Below are positions 16,015-23,721 of a DNA stretch of 64,000 nt, piece after piece (the stretch's first letter is position 1; each line of letters opens with the position of its first letter). The position numbers were made by a program, and so were the translations under genes. The DNA is taken from positions 12,123 through 76,122 of the forward strand of contig JBGOEV010000005.1 in the NCBI GenBank assembly GCA_041538025.1. The letters are read 5' to 3'. Origin of the DNA: Candidatus Thermosaccharophagus gerlachensis (GTDB lineage Bacteria; Armatimonadota; Fervidibacteria; Fervidibacterales; Thermosaccharophagaceae). Below the pieces are notes generated by a model. It did not search any database. It was not told where the DNA came from and saw nothing but the letters and a program-made list of their open reading frames with translations.

Positions 16015-17724
16015 TCAGAACAGCCCTATTACTCTCCCTGTCTCTGGGTCAATGTCTACATCAACGAACGCAGGTCTTGATGGCAACCCCGGCATCGTTT
16101 GCATCTCGCCAGCAATCGGATAAAGGAATCCAGCCCCAACTGATGCCCTTATATCACGCACTGGGAATATGTAACCACTTGGGACATTCTTCCAATTCGG
16201 ATCATGCGATATTGAAAGGTGTGTCTTAGCCATGTTGATTGGGAATCTATCCCAACCAAACTTTGAGTATAGCTCAATCTTGCGCATCGCAAGCGATGAG
16301 AACTCAACATCATCAGCGTTGTAAATCTCCCTTGCTAATATGCGTATTTTCTCCTCAATTGAAAGCTCATCTGGATATAGGAAGCGCATCTGAGCTGGCT
16401 TCTCGTCAAGCACCCTTATAACCTCTTTAGCAAGGTCAATTGCGCCCTCTCCACCTTTAGCCCAAGACTCAGAAACCGCAAACCCATCTGCGCCAGCCTC
16501 TTCAGCTTTTCTCCTTACAACTTCAATTTCACTCTCATGGTCAGTTGTGAACCTGTTGAGTGCGACCACCGAAGGTATGCCGAGCTTCTTAGCTATCCCG
16601 ATGTGCCATGCGAGGTTCTCACAACCTCGCTCAACAGCCTCTGGATCTTCGCGCTCAATAAATTCCTTAACTGACTCAACCGATTGCCCCGGACGGAATT
16701 CAAAGGCACCCCCATGAAGCTTAAGTGCTCTTATGGATGCCACTATAACAGCGCAGTCAACCTTAAGCCCACCAAGACGGCATTTGACATTGACAAGCTT
16801 CTCAAAACCACAGTCAGCACCAAAGCCGCTTTCAGTGACGACATAGTCGGCGAGTTTAAGCGCAACCATGTCAGCTATAACCGAATTGTTTCCGAAAGCC
16901 ACATTGGCAAACGGGAAGCCATGAACAAAAACGGGGTGATGTTCAAGCGATTGACATAGGTTTGGTTTAATTGAATCCTTCATGAGTGCAGCCATTGCAC
17001 CAGCCACTTTCAAGTCCTCCGCAGTTACTGGCTTGCCATCGTATGTGAAGCCAACCACTATCCTTCCCAACCTCTCCCTCAAGTCCTTCAAGCTCTTCGC
17101 CAGCGCATGTATTGCTGCGGTCTCGGTGGCAACAGTTATGTCATAGCCAGTTTGCCTTGGGTATCCATTCGCTCTGCCTCCTAAGCCTATGACAATGTTC
17201 CTCAAAGCTCTATCGTTGATATCAACGCACCTTGTCCATGTGACTTCAAGCGGATCAATGCCGAGCTTGTTGCCATGAAGTATGTGCGCATCAATTGCAG
17301 CAGCGCATAAGTTGTGGGCTGCCTCAACAGCTGGTATGTCACCTGTGAACATCAGGTTGATTTCAACCATTGGCACAACTTGAGCGTATCCACCACCAGT
17401 TGCCCCTCCCTTTATGCCGAATGTTGGTCCTTTAGATGGTTCGCGCATCGTATTGCAGACCCTCTTTCCGAGACGGTGAAGCGCCATACCAAGCCCTAAA
17501 GCTGTTACAGTCTTGCCCTCACCAAGTGGCGTTGGAGTTATAGCAGTGACGGTGATAAGCTTTCCATTTGGTTTATCGGCAAGCCTCTCAAGCACAGAGA
17601 GGTTTACCTTTGCAATGTATTTACCATATGGCTCTATCTCATCATCTTCTAAGCCAAGTTGGCGTGCTATCTCAATGATTGGCTTTAGCTCAGCGCGATA
17701 CGCGATCTCAATGTCAGACAGCAT
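16015..17724 (-). CDS. fhs: Formate--tetrahydrofolate ligase
   Basis: Contains MLSDIEIAYRAELKPIIEIARQLGL, the P-loop region TPTPLGEGKTVT, and a highly conserved body through the C-terminal ..DVDIDPETGRVIGLF. RBS GGAGGTGA is present. Confidence 0.97.
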   Translation of the reverse strand: MLSDIEIAYRAELKPIIEIARQLGLEDDEIEPYGKYIAKVNLSVLERLADKPNGKLITVTAITPTPLGEGKTVTALGLGMALHRLGKRVCNTMREPSKGPTFGIKGGATGGGYAQVVPMVEINLMFTGDIPAVEAAHNLCAAAIDAHILHGNKLGIDPLEVTWTRCVDINDRALRNIVIGLGGRANGYPRQTGYDITVATETAAIHALAKSLKDLRERLGRIVVGFTYDGKPVTAEDLKVAGAMAALMKDSIKPNLCQSLEHHPVFVHGFPFANVAFGNNSVIADMVALKLADYVVTESGFGADCGFEKLVNVKCRLGGLKVDCAVIVASIRALKLHGGAFEFRPGQSVESVKEFIEREDPEAVERGCENLAWHIGIAKKLGIPSVVALNRFTTDHESEIEVVRRKAEEAGADGFAVSESWAKGGEGAIDLAKEVIRVLDEKPAQMRFLYPDELSIEEKIRILAREIYNADDVEFSSLAMRKIELYSKFGWDRFPINMAKTHLSISHDPNWKNVPSGYIFPVRDIRASVGAGFLYPIAGEMQTMPGLPSRPAFVDVDIDPETGRVIGLF

Positions 17725-17932
17725 CGCTCAAATCACCTCCAGTAGTGGCTCTTTCTTTAAGCTGTTTTGGGGTAGCCTCTTGGTGGCTGTTAGCAACATC
17801 TTTGCCGAAAGCTATTAAGCCTTACTTTGGGGTCGTGCTTAGAGTTTGCAAATTTTACCAAGCCATCAGCAGGCGCTATATTTTCATTAGCTTGCGGTGT
17901 CCCTTGGAAATACTCAGCAGGGGGTGAGAGGA

Positions 17933-18804
17933 TGTTCAAGCTCTCCTTCATAAGTGACGAAGCATCACAGGATTTCGCAGTAGCTGTGCAGATAGCGAAG
18001 GAATTCAATCTTGATGGGCTTGAGCTTCGCTCTGTGTGGGAGAAGGCACCACATGAGCTTTCCGATGACGAGGTTAAGCTGATAGCCAACATGTTAAAAG
18101 ATGCTTCGCTTCAATGTCCTTGTATTGCATCACCGTTCTTCAAATGTGACTTCGGAGACGAAGAACAGTATAGACAGCACATCCAGATACTAAGGCGGTG
18201 CATACAGGTGGCACATGAACTTGGAACCAACTTGGTTAGAGTTTTTACATTCTGGCGTAAGGAGGGGCAGCAACCATCTTGGGAGGCAATTGCGGACATG
18301 TTTAGCGAGCCAATACGCATTGCTGAAGCAGAGGGCATAATCTTAGGTATTGAAAATGAGCCATCAACGAATGCGACAAACGCCGCAAAGGTTGCAGAGC
18401 TTCTCTCAATCATTAACCATCCAAATGTGAAAGCTGTTTGGGACCCGGGCAATGATGTCTTTGATCCCGAGAGGGAAGTGCCATACCCAGATGGCTACGA
18501 GCGCATAAAAGAATTCGTAGTCCATGTGCACCTTAAAGACGGTGTATGGATTGCCGATGAAGGCAGGTTTGAAGCAGTGCCCATCGGTGAAGGCGAGGTT
18601 GATTACGTTGGGCAGCTGAGGGCGTTAAAGCAAGATAACTATAGTGGTTGGCTATCTCTTGAAACACATTATCGCCCGAAGGTGGCGTTGCCCGAAGACA
18701 TCGTCCAGATGCCAAAGGGAAGCCAATTTTCGTTCATGGGTGATGTGGCTACAAGGGAATGCCTGCAAAACCTTTTCAGGCTACTCTCAGAGGTGGGGAT
18801 GTGA
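17933..18804 (+). CDS. Sugar phosphate isomerase/epimerase (xylose-isomerase-like TIM barrel)
   Basis: Start at ATG 17933, after GGGGGTGAGAGG. Contains FISDEASQDF, LELRSVW, VRVFTFW, GIENEP and HVHLKD, typical of the AP-endonuclease-2/TIM-barrel family. Confidence 0.75.
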
Positions 18805-19583
18805 TGGAACAGAAAAACATCATACCGATAATTGACTGCAACACTGTTGTAGGGTTCTGGCCGAGGAGGAAGGTTGATTCGTCGCTTCAAGCCCTCCTCA
18901 AAACGATGGAAAGATACGGTGTCGTTAGAGCACTTTGTGTTTCAACGAACGCAATCTTCTACGACTATAGGCGTGGGAATGACGAAACGATATTGATGGC
19001 TCGTCAAAGCAACAATCGCCTTTTGCCAGTGATAACCGTTGACCCGAGAGAATACATCGGTTGCTTCAAAGAGATAGAGCTAAGGGCAAGACAAGGGTTA
19101 AGGCTGTTTCGCTTCTTCCCAGACATTCAAGGTTGGCCAATAAGGTTCGCACCATTTAGGGATATAGTGCAGATGCTTAACGAACTCAGACTTCCATGGA
19201 TGGTATCAGCTCACGCTATAGGGGTTGCAACCGAGATCGCTGAGTTGGTCAAGGACTTTTCAACCCCAGTCATACTGACATCAATCAATTACAACAACTT
19301 AAGCGAAGTTATCTCTGTCATGAAGCATGTCTTGCACATCCATGTTGAGACGCACAAGCTATTTTCTCCAAGTGCCTACGAGTTGCTCAAAGAGCACATC
19401 GGAGTTGAGCGTATAGTATTTGGCTCGTTTGCTCCAATCCAATACTTTGCAAGTTCATATATGCCCTTGATGCGTTCATCCTTGTCGGATGAGGAGAAAC
19501 AAAAAATACTGTGTGAGAACATAAGGACGGTCTTGATGACGAAGGTTCAGCAAGTTGAAGTGGTCGGTGAGGGTGCAGGCTAA
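18804..19583 (+). CDS. Amidohydrolase-2-like TIM-barrel protein lacking the HxH metal motif
   Basis: The start ATG at 18804 overlaps the upstream stop (TGATG). The N-terminal strand reads IIDCNTVVG where active family members have IDxHxH. The remainder is alpha/beta barrel-like. Confidence 0.55.
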   Translation: MEQKNIIPIIDCNTVVGFWPRRKVDSSLQALLKTMERYGVVRALCVSTNAIFYDYRRGNDETILMARQSNNRLLPVITVDPREYIGCFKEIELRARQGLRLFRFFPDIQGWPIRFAPFRDIVQMLNELRLPWMVSAHAIGVATEIAELVKDFSTPVILTSINYNNLSEVISVMKHVLHIHVETHKLFSPSAYELLKEHIGVERIVFGSFAPIQYFASSYMPLMRSSLSDEEKQKILCENIRTVLMTKVQQVEVVGEGAG

Positions 19584-19629
19584 GGTAAACCCGATGCAAG
19601 AGCTTTCTTAGTCTCAGGTGGTGGGGCGA

Positions 19630-20358
19630 ATGAGCATCATTGATGTGCATGCTCACCTTGGTCGTTTCCCATTCCCACTGCCCGATGGGACAACGCAATT
19701 GCTCAAAGAATTTTGCACACAGCATGGGATTGAGAAGGTGATGGTATCTTCGGTTGAAGCGATAACCTGCAACATGGTTAGTGGAAACGAAAAGTTAGCC
19801 CGCGAAATAGAGGGTGACGATGTTTTCCTCGGCTATGTGACCATCAACCCAAACTACTTTGATGAATCTGTCGCTGAGATGCGCAAATACCTATACCTCA
19901 AAAACTTTGTTGGTGCAAAGCTTCACCCTTCATATTCAGCACAACCGATCTCGAGCGAGCTCACCTACGAATTAATCAAGGCATATAGGCGTTATGATAA
20001 GCCTTTGCTTGTGCATACATACAGCGCAGCTGATGCTATGGCGCTCGTTAATCTGACAAAGCAGTTCCCAGAGCTCGTCGTGATAATGGCGCACATGGGA
20101 GGTCCGCAGTGGGAAGACGCTATAAGGATCGCTGAGAAGCATCCAAGGGTATTTGTTGAACCGTGTTCTTCCTACCCCGATAAGAACAAGTTGCGTTTTG
20201 CGATTGATAGACTTGGACCAAGGCGCGTCCTCTTTGGGAGTGATATGCCATTGTTGCATCCTTCAGTGACGCTCGGCATGATCATGGAAGCTGACCTCAC
20301 CGACTCACAGCGTGAAGCCATATTATACCGAAACGCGAAGCATCTATTCGGTCTTTAA
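19630..20358 (+). CDS. Amidohydrolase family (metal-dependent TIM-barrel hydrolase)
   Basis: MSIIDVHAHLG carries the HxH motif. Also present: LHPSY, VHTYS, IMAHMGG and LFGSDMP. ATG 19630 follows a GGTGGTGGGG region. Confidence 0.7.
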   Translation: MSIIDVHAHLGRFPFPLPDGTTQLLKEFCTQHGIEKVMVSSVEAITCNMVSGNEKLAREIEGDDVFLGYVTINPNYFDESVAEMRKYLYLKNFVGAKLHPSYSAQPISSELTYELIKAYRRYDKPLLVHTYSAADAMALVNLTKQFPELVVIMAHMGGPQWEDAIRIAEKHPRVFVEPCSSYPDKNKLRFAIDRLGPRRVLFGSDMPLLHPSVTLGMIMEADLTDSQREAILYRNAKHLFGL

Positions 20359-20437
20359 ACAAGTGCATCCCATAGCGCCATTGAAAGGAGGTGATGGGGG
20401 CGAAGACAATCATTGATTTGATGAGGTGAGCAAGCAC

Positions 20438-21034
20438 ATGAGAAGGAAAACAAAATGGGTGGTAGGTTTCACCTTGATAGAGCTTCTTGTCGTGATAACG
20501 GTAATAGGGATACTCGCAGCGTTACTCTTTCCAGTCTTTGCGAGGGCTCGTGAGAAAGCAAGAACCTCGGGTTGCAAAGCAAACTTGAAACAGATCGGTG
20601 TTGCCCTTCATATGTATCGTGATGACTATGACGGTGTGACGCCAAGAACGCTAACTGGCTCACTCTCGTGGCACTGGCAGCTTGAACCATATTTGAAAAG
20701 CCCTGAAATCTTTACATGCCCATCCAGACCACAATGGTATATCAATCCGAAAGCAAAGCACTGGTGGGCTGGTGGATATTCATGGAACCGAGAAGTGAGC
20801 GAACTGCATGATAGTGCTTTTGAAGATCCCTCTGGAACAATCGTTGTTGTTGATTCGTGGACGGCAAATAATTACGCTATCGGAGTTGACTACAACGAAT
20901 TTGACAAAAGAAGGAATGACCCCGACCTGCGACGCCACAACGATGGTTTGAATGCCCTTTACTACGATGGGCATGTGAAGTGGCGCCAGACGGATTCAAT
21001 AAAGCGTAACGAGTTCACAGCTGCCAACGATTGA
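20438..21034 (+). CDS. Prepilin-type N-terminal cleavage/methylation protein with DUF1559 (H-X9-DG) domain
   Basis: [45 protein letters not shown] is the class III signal plus DUF1559 onset. The C-terminal [16 protein letters not shown] is the H-X9-DG motif. ATG 20438 follows GAGGTGA. Confidence 0.85.
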   Translation: MRRKTKWVVGFTLIELLVVITVIGILAALLFPVFARAREKARTSGCKANLKQIGVALHMYRDDYDGVTPRTLTGSLSWHWQLEPYLKSPEIFTCPSRPQWYINPKAKHWWAGGYSWNREVSELHDSAFEDPSGTIVVVDSWTANNYAIGVDYNEFDKRRNDPDLRRHNDGLNALYYDGHVKWRQTDSIKRNEFTAAND

Positions 21035-21096
21035 GCCTTTGAAAGAAACTTGAAGCAAAGATATTCTACTGCTTTGATAGACATTGCAATTGGGCG

Positions 21097-21105
21097 TGTT
21101 ATACT
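21097..21105 (+). promoter_or_regulatory. Putative extended -10 element (TGtTATACT) upstream of cysteine synthase gene
   Basis: Reads ..gcgTGtTATACTgaaaa.., about 140 nt upstream of the GTG at 21246. No -35 at canonical spacing. Confidence 0.3.
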
Positions 21106-21245
21106 GAAAATGGCATGCAATGCCTTGGAGGAGAGAGTTTGTGCATGGGCATTTTAAGGTGAACGAATTAGCCAATTCAGCTGGCAGCTCACAGCCGTTA
21201 GGTCTTTGCAAAAGGCAACTAACACTTTGAAGAAGGTGAGAGAAT

Positions 21246-22346
21246 GTGGTAAACGCAGAATGGAAGTCAAAGGAAGCCCAGGCACTGAGCAGTTGCGTGA
21301 ACAATATAGCTGAGATAATTCCGACATTACCACCACCATTGAACATGGTGGGTAATACGCCTTTGATACGGTTACATACCCTTGAGAAGCTCATAGGGTG
21401 TGGAAGAGTTGAGATATACGGCAAGGCTGAATGGTTCAACCCGGGAGGGTCGGTGAAAGACCGCCCAGCGTTGTGGATGATACTTGATGCAATACTCAAA
21501 GGTGAGCTTACGCCCGATAAGACAATACTTGAAGCTACATCTGGCAACACCGGGATAGCATACGCGCTTATTGGGGCAGTGCTCGGGTATAAGGTAAAGC
21601 TGATTATGCCAGCAAATGTAAGTGAGGAACGCAAACGCATATTGGCTGCATATGGTGCCGAGGTAGTTTATACTGACCCTTCGGAAATGATTGATGGTGC
21701 AATTGAACACGCCCACAAGCTGTATGAGCAGGAGAAGGAGAAGTATTTTATGCCAGACCAGTATAACAACCCAGCCAATCCTCTTTCCCATTATCAAACA
21801 ACCGGACCTGAAATCATCAGGGACACAAACGGGCGCATAACGCATTTCATTGCTGGTTTGGGGACTTCTGGAACAATGATGGGTGCTGGGAAAAGGCTTA
21901 AGGAGTTTAATCCCGAGATACAGCTCATAGCAGTCCAACCAGATTCGCCTTTGCATGGCATTGAAGGGCTTAAGCATATGGCTTCTGCAATAGTGCCGAG
22001 GATATACGAACCTGACTCCGTGGACGAACAAATATTCGTTCGCACAGAAGATGCATACGATATGATGCGCTTGATGGCTCGCTGTGGATTACTCGTAGGT
22101 AAGTCATCTGGCGCTGCCTTGGTTGCAGCAGTTGAGGTTGCTCAAAGGCTTAAGCACAATGATGCGGTCATTGTTGTAATGCTCCCAGACAGTGGTGTTC
22201 GCTACCTTAGCACATGCATTTTTGAATGCCCTTATGAGGGATATGTTTGCCTCAAGATGGTGCGTTCGCTCGCTCAACGCATAGGTGTAAAATTCGCCGA
22301 TGGCGAAGCTCAGGAAATACCTATCTCGTCAAAAGAATGCAAATAA
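21246..22346 (+). CDS. Cysteine synthase / O-acetyl(phospho)serine sulfhydrylase family PLP enzyme
   Basis: Contains GNTPLIRL, AEWFNPGGSVKDRPA (PLP Lys) and EATSGNTGIAYA, then GLGTSGTMMG and LPDSGVRYLS. It carries an extra C-terminal tail of about 45 aa. GTG 21246 follows AGGTGA. Confidence 0.85.
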   Translation: MVNAEWKSKEAQALSSCVNNIAEIIPTLPPPLNMVGNTPLIRLHTLEKLIGCGRVEIYGKAEWFNPGGSVKDRPALWMILDAILKGELTPDKTILEATSGNTGIAYALIGAVLGYKVKLIMPANVSEERKRILAAYGAEVVYTDPSEMIDGAIEHAHKLYEQEKEKYFMPDQYNNPANPLSHYQTTGPEIIRDTNGRITHFIAGLGTSGTMMGAGKRLKEFNPEIQLIAVQPDSPLHGIEGLKHMASAIVPRIYEPDSVDEQIFVRTEDAYDMMRLMARCGLLVGKSSGAALVAAVEVAQRLKHNDAVIVVMLPDSGVRYLSTCIFECPYEGYVCLKMVRSLAQRIGVKFADGEAQEIPISSKECK

Positions 22347-22447
22347 GCTGTGAGGGCAAGCTTGATTTATCGCAGTGTCTGTTCACACAGTTTGTCAAAC
22401 AGCAATTGCGCTCATAGTTTAAATCTTCTCATGACGGGGTGAAACTC

Positions 22448-23593
22448 ATGATTGAGTTTGTTAAGCCAAAAGAGTTGAGGGCTCAAAAGCAGGTTCTTCT
22501 CATCTTCATAGGCGGCTTCTTAGGTGCAGGCAAAACAACGGCTTTAGGCGCAATTGCCCGCCGCTTGATGCAGCAAGGCTTGACAGTCGGTTTGGTCACC
22601 AACGACCAAGCAGCCAATTTGGTGGACACTGCCATCGTCAAGGAATTGGGCATCCCTGTAGCTGAAGTTGCAGATGGTTGCTTCTGTTGTCGGTTCAGCG
22701 ATTTGGTGGACGCAACGGAACAAATTTTGGCAAAAAATCCAGATATCCTTTTGGGTGAACCTGTGGGAAGTTGCACCGATTTTGCAGCAACCATCATCAA
22801 CCCACTCAAACTCTTCTACGGCGACATTTTCCGAATCGCCCCCTTCTCCGTTCTCGTTGACCCATTGAGGGTTCGGGAGTTGGTGCTCAAGGAGACGCCC
22901 AGCAGATTCCCGGAGGGAGTCGCTTACATCTTCAAAAAGCAACTTGAGGAAGCCGACATCATCGTTCTCAACAAGGTTGATACCCTCACAACCGATGAAG
23001 CCGAAAAGATGGTGAATTCCCTAAAAGAGTTGCAGCCCAACAAACCTGTTTTGAAAGTCTCGGCTCTTTATGGCGATGGTGTAGACGAGTGGCTACAGAT
23101 ACTGATGAGTGATGCACCTTCAGGTTCACACATTTTGCATGATATTGACTACGACACCTATGCGAAGGGCGAAGCTGTCTTGGGATGGCTTAACGCAACG
23201 GTTCGGCTCATCGGCTCGCCAGCTTTCAATGCCCGTCAATTCGCTGAAGTTTTGATGAGGGAGTTGCAAACAGCCATCAATGTTCAAAACGCTGAAGTTG
23301 CTCACCTTAAGTTTCTGTTGACCAGTGGGACTCAGAGTTTGCGGGCACATCTCACGAAAGCTGGTGCCGAACCGAATTTCATTGGCGAATTGGGTGAAGT
23401 CAACGAAGCAACTTTGGTGCTCAACGCTCGCGTGGCGGTAGCGCCCGATGTTTTAGGGGGGCTCGCATCGCAAGCAGTTCTTAAAGCATCAAAGTCCGTC
23501 AACGCCGAAGTGGAAATATTGAGCTTTCAATCCTTCAGTCCACCTTATCCACGCCCACCATATCGGCTGAGCAAGCCTCTCAAGGTTGATTGA
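22448..23593 (+). CDS. G3E-family P-loop GTPase (CobW/HypB/UreG/MeaB superfamily) with C-terminal domain
   Basis: Walker A is GGFLGAGKTT. Also present: TNDQ, the Cys motif DGCFCC, a switch-like GEPVGSCTD, and the NKVD guanine-specificity motif. A C-terminal domain of about 170 aa follows. ATG 22448 follows GGGGTGA. Confidence 0.65.
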   Translation: MIEFVKPKELRAQKQVLLIFIGGFLGAGKTTALGAIARRLMQQGLTVGLVTNDQAANLVDTAIVKELGIPVAEVADGCFCCRFSDLVDATEQILAKNPDILLGEPVGSCTDFAATIINPLKLFYGDIFRIAPFSVLVDPLRVRELVLKETPSRFPEGVAYIFKKQLEEADIIVLNKVDTLTTDEAEKMVNSLKELQPNKPVLKVSALYGDGVDEWLQILMSDAPSGSHILHDIDYDTYAKGEAVLGWLNATVRLIGSPAFNARQFAEVLMRELQTAINVQNAEVAHLKFLLTSGTQSLRAHLTKAGAEPNFIGELGEVNEATLVLNARVAVAPDVLGGLASQAVLKASKSVNAEVEILSFQSFSPPYPRPPYRLSKPLKVD

Positions 23594-23721
23594 TCTGGGT
23601 GGCTACAGGCATACGGGACAATCTCAGCTGTTGAAAGGACAAGCCTTGTCACTTAAAAGCACCGCAAACGAAGCTAACGCGAAATGGCGGTGTGCATGAA
23701 AACTTAAAGGGGGGATGAACG

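Noticed and set aside
17725-17932. Possible ZTP (pfl), THF or other riboswitch in the fhs 5' region shared with the divergent isomerase gene.
   Set aside because: I reverse-complemented and read the region. There is no GGGUCGUGACUGGCG...CCGCCUGGGC-type ZTP signature and no THF-like conserved core. Only an SD (GGAGGTGA) and AT-rich promoter-like sequence are present. A covariance-model scan would be the decisive check.
21110-21157. 15-codon uORF (MACNALEERVCAWAF) with two Cys codons upstream of the cysteine synthase gene, as a possible Cys-sensing leader peptide.
   Set aside because: Its ATG lies only 5 nt after the best -10 hexamer, so it would probably be at or upstream of the transcription start. 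It has no SD. Two non-adjacent Cys codons are weak evidence for attenuation.
20996-21640. 214-aa minus-strand ORF spanning the pilin-cysteine synthase intergenic region and the 5' part of the cysteine synthase gene. The 219-aa ORF at 21372-22031 is a similar case.
   Set aside because: It runs antisense to a CDS with unmistakable PLP-enzyme motifs. Its composition is biased (Ser/Leu/Pro/Cys), it has no RBS and no recognisable domain. This is a typical shadow ORF.
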